From NCBI GenBank assembly GCA_964592075.1, contig CAZQDY010000003.1, positions 43,252-107,251 of the forward strand: DNA of 64,000 nt. The letters are read 5' to 3'. Of the stretch, positions 47,175 to 56,978 are shown one piece after another. The DNA comes from an uncultured Gaiellales bacterium. GTDB taxonomy: Bacteria; Actinomycetota; Thermoleophilia; RBG-16-64-13. A program made the position numbers and the translations under genes. How positions within the stretch are numbered: the stretch's first letter is position 1; the number at the start of each line of letters is the position of its first letter. Below the pieces are notes generated by a model, which made no database searches, was not told the origin of the DNA, and saw nothing but the letters and a program-made list of their open reading frames with translations.

Positions 47175-48434
47175 ATGGTCAAGAAGAACGCGTTCTATGC
47201 ACAATCCGGCGGGGTGTCCGCCGTCATCAACGCCTCGGCCTGCGGGGTGATACAGACGGCCCGCGAGCACGGGGACGCCATCGGCAAAGTGTTGGCCGGG
47301 CGCAACGGCATCATCGGCGCTCTGACCGAGGACCTCATCGACACGACGCAGGAGAGCGACGCCGCCATCGCAGCGCTGCGGCACACGCCCTCCGGCGCGT
47401 TCGGATCGTGCCGCTACAAGCTCAAGAGCCTGGAGCAGAACCGGCGCGAGTACGAGCGGCTGATCGAGGTCTTCCAGGCCCACGACATAGACTACTTTTT
47501 CTACAACGGAGGGGGAGACTCCGCCGATACCTGCCTCAAGGTCTCGCAGCTCTCCGAGACAGTGGGGTTCCCCATACAGGCGATCCACGTGCCCAAGACC
47601 GTCGACAACGACCTGCCCATCACAGACAATTGCCCCGGCTTCGGCTCGGTGGCCAAGTACATCGCGGTCTCCACCCGCGAAGCAAGCTTCGACGTACGTT
47701 CCATGGCGAAGACCTCCACCAAGGTGTTCGTGTTGGAGGTCATGGGACGCCATGCGGGGTGGATAGCGGCGGCGGGCGGCCTCGCGTCGGACGCCCAGAC
47801 CGAGATCCCTATCATCATCCTCTTCCCCGAGATCCCCTTCGACAGAGACCGGTTCTTGGCCAAGGTGGGCTCGTTCGTGGAGCGGTCCGGCTACTGCACC
47901 GTGGTGGTCTCGGAGGGGGTGAGGGACCCGGATGGGCGGTTCCTTGCCGACCAGGGCCTCAAAGACGCGTTCGGCCACGCGCAGCTGGGTGGTGTGGCGC
48001 CCGTGGTGGCGGGTATCGTGCGGGACGGCCTGGGCTTCAAGTACCACTGGGCGGTGGCCGACTACCTTCAGCGCTCCGCGCGCCATATCGCTTCCAAGAC
48101 GGACGTGGAGCAGGCCTACGCCATGGGCAAGGCGGCGGTGGAACTGGCCCTGGCCGGCAAGAACTCCGTCATGCCCACCGTCGTGCGCGTCTCGTCGCGA
48201 CCCTATGTGTGGGAGGTGGGAGCGGCGCCCCTCTCAGAAGTGGCGAACGTCGAGAAGATGATGCCTAGGGAGTACATCACCCACGACGGCTTCGGCATAA
48301 CCGAAGCATGCCGCGAATACCTGGCTCCTCTGATCCAAGGTGAGGACTACCCCCCGTATAGGGAGGGCCTGCCGGACTACGTCACGCTGCAGAACGTGGG
48401 GGTGGAGAAGAAGCTCCCGGACTTCGAGCTGTAG
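47175..48434 (+). CDS. pfk: 6-phosphofructokinase (ATP/PPi-dependent PFK family)
   Basis: GGVSAVINAS, FFYNGGGDS, MGRHAGWIAA; start at MVKKNAFYAQSGG. Confidence 0.8.
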   Translation: MVKKNAFYAQSGGVSAVINASACGVIQTAREHGDAIGKVLAGRNGIIGALTEDLIDTTQESDAAIAALRHTPSGAFGSCRYKLKSLEQNRREYERLIEVFQAHDIDYFFYNGGGDSADTCLKVSQLSETVGFPIQAIHVPKTVDNDLPITDNCPGFGSVAKYIAVSTREASFDVRSMAKTSTKVFVLEVMGRHAGWIAAAGGLASDAQTEIPIIILFPEIPFDRDRFLAKVGSFVERSGYCTVVVSEGVRDPDGRFLADQGLKDAFGHAQLGGVAPVVAGIVRDGLGFKYHWAVADYLQRSARHIASKTDVEQAYAMGKAAVELALAGKNSVMPTVVRVSSRPYVWEVGAAPLSEVANVEKMMPREYITHDGFGITEACREYLAPLIQGEDYPPYREGLPDYVTLQNVGVEKKLPDFEL

Positions 48435-48485
48435 GGAGGACCCACGGCCTCAGGGTGCGTCGAAGAACTGCCGATACCCCTACCC

Positions 48486-49394
48486 ATGGGGATCAAACGC
48501 CGAAGAATACCCGCTCGGGCAGCGTCACGGCTAACGTTGCTGCTCGCGACGATGGCCGCTTCCTGCCTTCTCACCGCGGGATGCGGAGAGAGCGCCTCCA
48601 CCGCCGGAGACCTGCGGGCGGCTCCCGTGCAGGCCGCCGCCACGTCTGTGGCTGACGCCGACACACCCGCCGGAGAGATCCCGGCAGTCACGACCACGGA
48701 TACGGTCCACCAACCGCGCCCCCTCTCCCTGCACGAGAGAGTCATGGCCGAGCATCGCCTCCGCGAGACGTCTTCGACCGCCTGCCAATCGACGACGACC
48801 ACCTCGGCTCCTCCACTCGAGCAAGCCGCCGCGCCCAGCGACCCGGAGACCGGCCCCGCCGATACCACCGCCGTCGTCCTCAACGGAGGACAGACTCCCC
48901 TGAGAGGCGTATGGAGCGGGACGGCCGAGCGGCTGGCTGCCTATCTCTCGGAGATATGCCCATCTCCGAGCTTCACAGTCCCCGTGCTGGACCTCGCCGG
49001 ATACTACGTGCGCTACTCCGCCGAGGCGGGACTGCGTGCCGATCTCCTCTGGGCGCAGATGATCCACGAGACCGGTTACGGCATGTACGGAGGTTGCGTG
49101 CTCCCGGAGCAGAACAACTACGCGGGGATAGGCGCGACCGGGGGTGGGGAGCCCGGCATCAGCTTCCCGACAGCCGAGGCCGGAGTGATCGCCCACGTAG
49201 CCCACATGGTGGCCTATGTCTACGATCAGAGCCCGGTGGCATGGGCCGACGCCACCGCCGACCCCCGGTTCGACTTCGTCAACCCTCGCGGCGTGGCCGT
49301 CGTCCTCGCCGACCTCAACGGCCGCTGGGCGGTGCCCGGCGCCACTTATGGTGAGAGCATCGAGGGGATCGCCCTCGCCATCAACACCTACTAG
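48486..49394 (+). CDS. Lipoprotein with glucosaminidase (GH73-like) domain
   Basis: Signal plus lipobox (LLTAGC). The C-terminal domain LLWAQMIHETGYGMYGG...NNYAGIGATGGG matches the mannosyl-glycoprotein endo-beta-N-acetylglucosaminidase family. Confidence 0.6.
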   Translation: MGIKRRRIPARAASRLTLLLATMAASCLLTAGCGESASTAGDLRAAPVQAAATSVADADTPAGEIPAVTTTDTVHQPRPLSLHERVMAEHRLRETSSTACQSTTTTSAPPLEQAAAPSDPETGPADTTAVVLNGGQTPLRGVWSGTAERLAAYLSEICPSPSFTVPVLDLAGYYVRYSAEAGLRADLLWAQMIHETGYGMYGGCVLPEQNNYAGIGATGGGEPGISFPTAEAGVIAHVAHMVAYVYDQSPVAWADATADPRFDFVNPRGVAVVLADLNGRWAVPGATYGESIEGIALAINTY

Positions 49395-49406
49395 CGGCGG
49401 GCTCAC

Positions 49407-50189
49407 ATGGAGATAGTCGATCTCACCGAGGACAGGAAAGACCTCTTCTGCATGTGCCTTGAGGACTGGTCGGACGAGGCAGCGGAGTCGGGACCGAAGC
49501 GCCGGGCGTGGCTCGACCGGCAGGAGAAGCTCGGGCTCCGAGCCAAGCTCGCCATCGACGACAGCGGGGTCGAGGGTGGGATGATCCAGTACGGGCCGAT
49601 AGAGCACTCCTTCGTGGACGGCTCGGACCTCTACTTCATCTACTGCATCTGGGTGCATGGGCATAAGCAGGGCCGCGGCGACTTCCGCGGGCGTGGCATG
49701 GGCAAGGCCCTGTTGCGGGCCGCCGAAGACGACGCCCAGGCCTTAGGCGCCGGCGGGATGGTCGCGTGGGGCCTTGTGCTACCCTTCTGGATGAAGGCAT
49801 CGTGGTTCAAGAAACACGGATACCGCCCGGCTGATCGGCAGGGCATGTCGGCTCTGGTGTGGAAGCCGTTCACAGAAGATGCGCAGCCTCCCCGGTGGTT
49901 CCCCAAGGTCGACAGACAGCTCCCCGTCACGCCCGGCAGGGTGAACGTCACCGCCTTCTCCAGCGGCTGGTGTCTGGGCATGAACCTCGTCTACGAGCGG
50001 GCGAAACGTGCGGCCGCCGAGCTGGGTGATGGAGTGGTGTTCCGTGAGATCGACGTCTCGGAACGGAGCGCCGTCGCGGAGTGGGGAAGGTCAGACGCCG
50101 TCCTCGTCAACGGCAAGGACCTCCAAAAAGGGCCGCCCCCAAGCTACGAGGAGATCCGCAAGACGATCGCCAAGCGCCTGCCCAGGTGA
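49407..50189 (+). CDS. GNAT acetyltransferase fused to C-terminal thioredoxin-like domain
   Basis: The GNAT core carries HGHKQGRGDFRGRGMGKALLRAAE. The C-terminal VNVTAFSSGWCLGMNLVYERA...VLVNGKD resembles a Trx-fold (glutaredoxin-like) module. Confidence 0.5.
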   Translation: MEIVDLTEDRKDLFCMCLEDWSDEAAESGPKRRAWLDRQEKLGLRAKLAIDDSGVEGGMIQYGPIEHSFVDGSDLYFIYCIWVHGHKQGRGDFRGRGMGKALLRAAEDDAQALGAGGMVAWGLVLPFWMKASWFKKHGYRPADRQGMSALVWKPFTEDAQPPRWFPKVDRQLPVTPGRVNVTAFSSGWCLGMNLVYERAKRAAAELGDGVVFREIDVSERSAVAEWGRSDAVLVNGKDLQKGPPPSYEEIRKTIAKRLPR

Positions 50190-50212
50190 CCGCGAGCACC
50201 CGCGGAAGACGT

Positions 50213-50965
50213 TCACACGATGGACACGCCGCCGTCCATGACCAATCCCGTCCCGATGACATAGCCCGCCTGGTCAGAGCATAGCCACAGAACAGCGGCC
50301 GCCACTTCTTCGGCCCTGCCCAGCCTACCGACGGGGGTCTTCTCTCTGAGCATGCGCCGAAACTCCTCTGACGACTGCATCAGGCCCGGCGTCTCGATCG
50401 CGCCGGGGCACACAGCGTTTATCCGTATGCCCAGCTTCGCGCAGTCAAGGGCGGCGGTCTTGGTGAGGCCCAGGATGCCGTGCTTGGAGGCGGCATACGC
50501 GTAGCATCCAGACTCCGCGAGCAGCCCTGAGACCGAGGACATGTTGACGATGACCCCCTGTCCCCGAGCGGCCATGGCCCGGACCTCGTGCTTCATGCAC
50601 AAGAAGACGCCCTTGAGGTTGGTGGCGATGATCCTGTCCCAGGTGTCCTCGTCAGCCTCCGCGAGCGCCTCGGGTGAGGGATTATGGATGCCGGCTACAT
50701 TGCAGGCGAAGTCCAGACACCCGAAGGCTGCGATTGTACAGTCGACCATCTCCGCGACCTCTTCTCCCCTGGACACGTCGCATCGCCGATAAAGCGCGGT
50801 GCCCCCGCCTTCGCGAGCGAGCCTCACTGTCTCGCCGCCCGCCGCCTCATTGATGTCACCGGCCATGACTCGGGCGCCTGCATGCGCGAAGGCAAGAGCG
50901 ACGGCCCTGCCTATGCCCGATCCAGCACCGGTGACCAAGGCCGTCATTTCCGTCATCGTCCCCAT
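50213..50965 (-). CDS. SDR-family oxidoreductase
   Basis: TGAGSGIGRAVA, NVAG, and catalytic YAASKHGILGLTK. Confidence 0.85.
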   Translation of the reverse strand: MGTMTEMTALVTGAGSGIGRAVALAFAHAGARVMAGDINEAAGGETVRLAREGGGTALYRRCDVSRGEEVAEMVDCTIAAFGCLDFACNVAGIHNPSPEALAEADEDTWDRIIATNLKGVFLCMKHEVRAMAARGQGVIVNMSSVSGLLAESGCYAYAASKHGILGLTKTAALDCAKLGIRINAVCPGAIETPGLMQSSEEFRRMLREKTPVGRLGRAEEVAAAVLWLCSDQAGYVIGTGLVMDGGVSIV

Positions 50966-51080
50966 GGTGCCCCTTGCCTTGCGGTGGAGATAGTGGTTCG
51001 GCCCGGCCCCAGACCGGAGTCTGGAGCCGGGCCGAACGCTTACAGCCTTACATTCAGGCCGTGGATCGACTCGCGCTGGC

Positions 51081-52757
51081 TTAGTGCGGGTCCATCCAGG
51101 TAGTCCCCCAGGACCAGCCCACGAAGCCCGCTTCGATCGGGTACTCGGTGTGCACGTAGTCTTGGATGACGACAGCAGCCGGATAGTGGAAGACCGGGAT
51201 CATCAAGGCCTCTTCGTTCATCATGGCGACGATGTCTCCGGTCTTCTGGATCTGCTCCTCTTCGGTCCGGGCCTGAAGCGCGGGCTCGAAGAGAGCGTTG
51301 AACTCATCGGGACGCTGGAAGCTCGCGAGGTTCGTCTTGGGCTGCGGTCCCCACCATGCGCAGCACGACATGAGGTAGACCACGTCGTTGCCGCTGAACA
51401 TGAAGGCGAAGTCCTTCCAGCCGGTGCCGAAGACCGAACCATAGAACCGGCCCGCATCAGCGATATCGAGGTTCGTGACAAAACCGGCAGCATCCAGGTA
51501 GTTCTTGGCTATCTCACCGCCGGTGTTGCGGCCGCCTGCTTCAGCTATGCAGAGGATGTCGATGGGGCAACCATCGGGATAGCCGGCCTCGACCAGGAGG
51601 GCCTTGGCCTTTTCCGGATCGTACTCACGCTTGACGGCGATTCGGTCTGCACCCCATTCTCCCTCGGGCGCAACCGCGTAGATGGGCTCGTAGTAGCCGT
51701 AGCCGATCGCCTCGCAGAGCGCAGGTTTGTCCAAAGCGTACTCGACAGCCTCGCGCACCAGCTTGTTGCTCGCCGGGGATGCCGGGTCGGCCGTGTTGGG
51801 CATCATGTGGTACTGGAAGCCTGCCCAACCTGACTGGATCTTGAAGCCCTTGTCGGCCATCTCTTTCCGGCCTTGGGCGTCAGCCGATTGCCAGATGTCG
51901 GCCTCGCCGGCCTGCATCATCTGAGAAGCGGTGGTGGCGTCGACGACGATGCTGATGTCGATCGCGTCGAGCAGGACTTCCCCACCCCACCAGTCTGGGT
52001 TCTTGACCCACTTGAGAGACTGGTCGCGGTTGAACTCAGCGAGCGTGAACGGGCCGGTGCCCACGAGGTTCGCGGAAGCCCACGCTATTCTGTCTTCCTC
52101 AGTCGCTCCGCTGGCCTCATAAGCGGCCTGGGATACCATGGGCACCCACGCGAGCGACTGGAGCAGCTGGTTGTGCCAGTAGTTCAGATGCAGCACGTAC
52201 GTGTAGTTGTCGACGATCTCGAATTCCTTGATCGCGTCGGCGAATTGCAGCTTGCCGGTAGGCGCGGCGAGATCATAGTTCCACTTGGCCACCTGAGCGG
52301 TCAACTCGGTGCCGTCATGGAATTTGACGCCCTCGTGGAGCTTGATGGTCATGGTGAGAGCATCAGGGTCCTCGACGACGCTCTCGGCAAGGTCGGGGAC
52401 CAGTTGGCGCCCAGGCGCGAACTTCATGATCCTTTCCAGGCCCGGGAACAGCGCCCCCTCCTCGGTCGGACCCATGGTGGGCCAGTAGCCGAGGACCTGA
52501 GGACCCGCGTTGTGGATCAGCCTGAGAGTGCCGCCGGCAACCGGGCCGGCGGCCGCGGTCGTCGTGGTCTCAGCCGGAGCGGTGGTATCGGTGCTGGCCG
52601 GCGCCGTGGTGTCCGTGGAACCAACGGTCGTGGTAGGAGCCGCCGTGGTGGTCGATGCTTCTTCATCCTCACCGCAGCCGACCATCAGCACCATCAACAT
52701 CGCGACCAGAAGGAGTATGCCGACACCCCATATGGTCTTTCTCGTCTTTTTCGTCAC
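51081..52757 (-). CDS. ABC transporter substrate-binding lipoprotein, family 5 (DppA/OppA/NikA-like)
   Basis: 558 aa with signal plus lipobox (LMVGCGEDEE), a Thr/Ala-rich linker, then the SBP_bac_5 fold. Confidence 0.85.
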   Translation of the reverse strand: MTKKTRKTIWGVGILLLVAMLMVLMVGCGEDEEASTTTAAPTTTVGSTDTTAPASTDTTAPAETTTTAAAGPVAGGTLRLIHNAGPQVLGYWPTMGPTEEGALFPGLERIMKFAPGRQLVPDLAESVVEDPDALTMTIKLHEGVKFHDGTELTAQVAKWNYDLAAPTGKLQFADAIKEFEIVDNYTYVLHLNYWHNQLLQSLAWVPMVSQAAYEASGATEEDRIAWASANLVGTGPFTLAEFNRDQSLKWVKNPDWWGGEVLLDAIDISIVVDATTASQMMQAGEADIWQSADAQGRKEMADKGFKIQSGWAGFQYHMMPNTADPASPASNKLVREAVEYALDKPALCEAIGYGYYEPIYAVAPEGEWGADRIAVKREYDPEKAKALLVEAGYPDGCPIDILCIAEAGGRNTGGEIAKNYLDAAGFVTNLDIADAGRFYGSVFGTGWKDFAFMFSGNDVVYLMSCCAWWGPQPKTNLASFQRPDEFNALFEPALQARTEEEQIQKTGDIVAMMNEEALMIPVFHYPAAVVIQDYVHTEYPIEAGFVGWSWGTTWMDPH

Positions 52758-52915
52758 TTCTCTACCCCCAGTCCTTGACGGCTATCGCCTAGACTTGAAT
52801 GAGTTCTTGACAGTCATGCACCCAGCAAAGTCCTGTCCCTCCCCCTTATACCCGAGATACGCACCCCCTTCCTACGCGTTCTTCACACCCTGATAGAGTG
52901 GCTGATCGTCGAGGA

Positions 52916-53413
52916 TCACTTGCCCGGATTGCGGATGTACTCGCCCGTGAATACGAGATCCTGGTGGATCATGGGCTTCGCGGGGTCATAGATCCTGGTG
53001 TAGCGGAGCGGGCAATGCAGCAGGCCCGGCGGTATATGGACCATGAAGGGCTCGGTGAAGACGAAGGTCTCCAGATCACCGTCTTCCTCACCGACCGTGA
53101 ACTCCACCTCGCCCCCGAGTTCCAGCATATGGGGCGGGCAGCCGTAGAACGACAGGAACTGATCGAAGTCATGGGAGTGGGTAGCCGGGACCATCTCGAA
53201 CGGCTCGGTGATGGCGAAGGTCGCGATGCGGAAGGCCTTGCTCTCTATCTCAGCCGGTCCCAGCAGGTAGATCGCCGGGTTCGGCACCTCGTGCTCATGC
53301 GGATGCTGCGGAATCTTGATCTCGTCGCCGACCCTGAAGTACTTCCTGTAAGGCGACCTGTCCAGCGTGTCCAAAATGACTTCTCCCTCCTGATCCGGTG
53401 GGGCCCAGGTCAA
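52916..53413 (-). CDS. Cupin-domain metalloprotein of unknown function (paralogue 2)
   Basis: Cupin motif 1 HSHDFDQFLSFYG and motif 2 GGEVEF...VHIPPGLLHCP. TTG start, with the ORF's first codon ending at 53413. Confidence 0.5.
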   Translation of the reverse strand: MTWAPPDQEGEVILDTLDRSPYRKYFRVGDEIKIPQHPHEHEVPNPAIYLLGPAEIESKAFRIATFAITEPFEMVPATHSHDFDQFLSFYGCPPHMLELGGEVEFTVGEEDGDLETFVFTEPFMVHIPPGLLHCPLRYTRIYDPAKPMIHQDLVFTGEYIRNPGK

Positions 53414-53808
53414 CCCTGGACTTCATCCTTCTGATGAACGCTTTGTGCGGGAGGAGGCGCAGGACGGCAAAAGCCCGCCTTTGACAGGCAGCGGTCGGAT
53501 CGACTGTGCGTTCTGCTTCTGCATGCGCCCGTTCTCATCTCGTATGGTGCTAAGCGTGGACGGCCACCGCGGCGCCGGGAAGTGACGTGCCCGGTCGTAC
53601 CCTGACGCCTCAGTCAACAGCTTCATGCGCTCCTTAGGCCAGGAAATCGCTGTGTGCGTGGCCTCCCCTCGGCCTGACTATACAAGACGGGTGAGGGATG
53701 CGCAAGCCACCTGTATAGGTATCGCTCTATCTTTAGGCGAGTTAAGTGGATAGCTAGCCGGCCTGCACACATGGCACATACAAGACATACAAGACGCCGG
53801 AACGCGTC

Positions 53809-54231
53809 CTACTCGAGACCGTCCCTGCTGTAGCTCTGCATAGGCCCCGTGGATGCGTGCAGAATCGGACGGTCGACCCTGCGGAAGTACATAGGGCAGT
53901 GCTTGACGCCCCTGGGAACGAAGACCATGGCGCTCTCGGTGATCGTGTACTTCTCTCCCCCGATCCAAAGCTCCACTTCACCGCACAGATCATGCGGCCG
54001 GCCGGGATCGGAGCCCCAGAACATCAGCATCTCGTCGAAATCGTCGTGGCAATGCTCCGGCGGGGACCCTTCGGAGGCCTCACGGAACCAGACGCTTTCC
54101 GCGTAAAAAGCCCCCGGTACGAAGCGAGAGTCGACGAAGGTGACCGGGGATATGGTGGTTCCTTCGAACTTGCTCCTGTCGGCCGGATAGCTCGTGACGA
54201 TGTTGTTCTTGTAGATGCCTCCGTCGGCCAT
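53809..54231 (-). CDS. Cupin-domain metalloprotein of unknown function (paralogue 1)
   Basis: EHCHDDFDEMLMFWG (G-x5-HxH-x3-E) and VFVPRGVKHCP (P-x-G-x2-H); start at MADGGIYK. Confidence 0.5.
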   Translation of the reverse strand: MADGGIYKNNIVTSYPADRSKFEGTTISPVTFVDSRFVPGAFYAESVWFREASEGSPPEHCHDDFDEMLMFWGSDPGRPHDLCGEVELWIGGEKYTITESAMVFVPRGVKHCPMYFRRVDRPILHASTGPMQSYSRDGLE

Positions 54232-54244
54232 GTCGCTCCTTTCG

Positions 54245-54910
54245 TCACACGCCCTTGATCGCGACCGCATCCCCAACGGGGCGGCGGATACTACGAACCT
54301 TGTTGTTCGCGTCCTCGGGGTCCTCGTAGCCGAGCGCGATGCCTATCAGGACGGTGTGATCCTCGGGGATCCCTAACTCTTCGCGGAGGATGTCCGGGTA
54401 CGCGGTGAGGTTCACGGCCACCACGGAGCCGACCGAGAACTCCATGGCGGCCAGCATGAGGCTCTGGGCGAAGAGACCCAGGTCGAAGTAGGACCAAGCC
54501 GTCAGGTCCTTGTGCAGGCACAGGTACACCACGACGGGAGCCCCGAAGAACTCGAAGTTGCGCCGCATGCTGGCCTGCCGTTCGGCCTCGCCCCGAAGGG
54601 TGACGCCCATCGCGCTGCAACGGGCGTCGATGAAGTCCAGCATCCGCTGCTTGGGACCCTGCGGCCACTCCTGCGGCCGCGGCACGTCGTTGGCCGGCGG
54701 CACGCCGTCCTCAAACCGGGCCAGGAAGCGCCGGCGGATGCGGCCGAGCACTTCCCCACCTGCAACGTAGACTTCCCATGGCTGCGTGTCGGCCCACGAA
54801 GGCGACCAGTTGGCCGCAGCGAGGATCTTGAGCAGCACCTCCCTGCTCACCGGTTCCGGCTTGAAGGCTCGGATCGATCTCCGTGACTCGATGGCGTCGA
54901 TGACATTCAT
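54245..54910 (-). CDS. Nitroreductase-family protein
   Basis: MNVIDAIESRRSIRAFKPEPV is the nitroreductase FMN-binding start. Confidence 0.75.
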   Translation of the reverse strand: MNVIDAIESRRSIRAFKPEPVSREVLLKILAAANWSPSWADTQPWEVYVAGGEVLGRIRRRFLARFEDGVPPANDVPRPQEWPQGPKQRMLDFIDARCSAMGVTLRGEAERQASMRRNFEFFGAPVVVYLCLHKDLTAWSYFDLGLFAQSLMLAAMEFSVGSVVAVNLTAYPDILREELGIPEDHTVLIGIALGYEDPEDANNKVRSIRRPVGDAVAIKGV

Positions 54911-54930
54911 GGCCGCCTCTTCGCTGCCGG

Positions 54931-55956
54931 TCACCCCACCCTCAGGCAGGCTACCTCGTGATCATTGCCCAGGTCTTTCAGCGCAGGCACCGTCTTGCTG
55001 CACTCCGGGGTGGCGTTAACGCATCTCGCGTGGAAAGTGCAACCCGAAGGCGGGTTGACCGGGCTCGGGACTTCACCCTCCAGCACAATCCTCTCCCGGG
55101 TCGCCTCCAGATCGGGATCCGGTACGCAGACCGCAGACAGAAGAGCCTGCGTGTAGGGATGCAGAGGGTTGTCGTACAGCTCAGCAGGCGTGGTGATCTC
55201 TACTATCCGTCCCAGGTACATGACTGCGATCCTGTCGCTGAAATGCTTGACCACCGAGAGGTCGTGCGCGATGAAGATGTAGCTCAGTCCCGACGCCCCC
55301 TCGCGTAGATCCATGAGCAGGTTGATGATCTGGGCCTGGATGGAGACGTCGAGGGCCGACACCGGCTCGTCGCAGATGATGAGTTTGGGCTCGCCGGCCA
55401 GAGCCCGGGCGATGCCGATACGCTGCCGCTGGCCCCCGCTGAACTCATGCGGGAAACGCGACATGAGGTTCGGATCGAGACCCACCTTGACGAAGAGTCG
55501 CTCCACCCACTCGTTGTAGTCCTCCTTGGTCTCGACGAGTTTGTGGACCTTGAGCGGTTCGCCCACGATGCTGCCGGCCGACTGGCGCGGGTCGAGCGAG
55601 GCGTAAGGATCCTGGAAGATGACGGAGATCTTGCGGCGTAGCGGCCGGAACTCCTTCTCGGGCATCGAGGTGATGTCTGTCCCGTCGAAGCAGATACGTC
55701 CGCCGGTCGGCGTGTAGAGCCGGCTGATGCACCGCCCCACCGTCGTCTTGCCGCATCCGCTCTCGCCCACCAGGCCCAGGGTCTCGCCTCTGCGGATCTT
55801 GAGAGTCACTCCGTCGACCGCCTTGACCTCTCCGACCCTCCGCCTGAGCAGCCCCCTTCTGATAGGGAAGTGCATCTTGAGACAGTCGATGTCGAGGAGC
55901 ACGTCCTTCGAAGCCGTCCTCGCGGGAGCGGCGGTTGTTTCAGGTACGGTCGTCAT
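54931..55956 (-). CDS. ABC transporter ATP-binding protein (DppF/OppF-like)
   Basis: [37 protein letters not shown], and a C-terminal oligopeptide-type extension ([10 protein letters not shown]). Confidence 0.85.
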   Translation of the reverse strand: MTTVPETTAAPARTASKDVLLDIDCLKMHFPIRRGLLRRRVGEVKAVDGVTLKIRRGETLGLVGESGCGKTTVGRCISRLYTPTGGRICFDGTDITSMPEKEFRPLRRKISVIFQDPYASLDPRQSAGSIVGEPLKVHKLVETKEDYNEWVERLFVKVGLDPNLMSRFPHEFSGGQRQRIGIARALAGEPKLIICDEPVSALDVSIQAQIINLLMDLREGASGLSYIFIAHDLSVVKHFSDRIAVMYLGRIVEITTPAELYDNPLHPYTQALLSAVCVPDPDLEATRERIVLEGEVPSPVNPPSGCTFHARCVNATPECSKTVPALKDLGNDHEVACLRVG

Positions 55957-56978
55957 TCGCCCGTCGCCTCCATCATGTAGCACCTCGCCATGTGGCCATC
56001 GCCGTCGACAGGCTCAAGGTCGGGCCACGGTTCGAGGCGACAGCGCTCGCCCGCCACCGGGCAGCGAGGCAGGAAGGCGCATGTGGGTGGAAGGTCGATG
56101 AGATTGGGCGGCGTGCCATCGATGGGCACCAGACGGCGGCCCCTTTCCTCGTCCAGGCGAGGCACGCTCTTGAGCAGGCCGATGGTGTAGGGATGCCGCG
56201 GCCTATAGAAGATGTCGCGGCAGAGCCCCTGCTCGACTATCCTCCCCGCGTACATGATGTAGATGCGGTGAGCGTACCGGGCCACCACCCCCAGGTTGTG
56301 CGTCACCAGCACCAGAGCGCCCTGGCATCCTTCGATCGAGGAAAGCATCAGTTCGAGTAACTGCGCCTGGGTGGTGCAGTCCAGAGCCGTGGTCGGCTCG
56401 TCGGCGATCACCATCTTGGGCTTGCACGCCACTCCGATGGCGATCATGACCCGCTGCCGCATCCCCCCGCTGAACTGGTGAGGGTAGTCGTCCAGGCGGC
56501 CCTCGGCACCCGGTATGCCCACCGAGTCGAGCAGTTCCGCGGCCCGGGCCCGCGCCTCTTTCTTCGTCATCCCCAGGTGGAGTTCGAGCGATTCGGTCAA
56601 TTGGCGCCCGATGGTGAGCACCGGATTCAGCGAGGTCATGGGCTCCTGGAAGATCATGCTGATCTTGGCGCCTCGTATCTCGCGCATCTCCGGGCCGTTC
56701 GCCCGATACTTCAGAAGGTTGTCACCCTCGAACCAGACCTCCCCTCCCACGATGCGGCCGGGATTGCGGACCAGCTGCATGACCGAGAGCTGGGAGACCG
56801 ACTTGCCGCAGCCGCTCTCACCCACGATCCCGACGATCTCCCGCTCGTCGACCGTGTAGGAGACTCCATTGACCGCGCGTACCACGCCCTCCTCCACACG
56901 GAACTCGGTCTGGAGGTGGTCCACGCGCAGCAGTTCCGTGGCCGGTCTCATCTCACACGCAGCCGGCGGGGCGGTCAT
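55953..56978 (-). CDS. ABC transporter ATP-binding protein (DppD/OppD-like)
   Basis: [36 protein letters not shown]-terminal CAFLPRCP. Confidence 0.85.
   Translation of the reverse strand: MTAPPAACEMRPATELLRVDHLQTEFRVEEGVVRAVNGVSYTVDEREIVGIVGESGCGKSVSQLSVMQLVRNPGRIVGGEVWFEGDNLLKYRANGPEMREIRGAKISMIFQEPMTSLNPVLTIGRQLTESLELHLGMTKKEARARAAELLDSVGIPGAEGRLDDYPHQFSGGMRQRVMIAIGVACKPKMVIADEPTTALDCTTQAQLLELMLSSIEGCQGALVLVTHNLGVVARYAHRIYIMYAGRIVEQGLCRDIFYRPRHPYTIGLLKSVPRLDEERGRRLVPIDGTPPNLIDLPPTCAFLPRCPVAGERCRLEPWPDLEPVDGDGHMARCYMMEATGE

Noticed and set aside
53423-53626. Calling the 67-codon uORF a confident protein-coding gene
   Set aside because: No domain, and possible decay of GC3 bias toward its end. 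It is kept as a regulatory-leader finding rather than a CDS feature.
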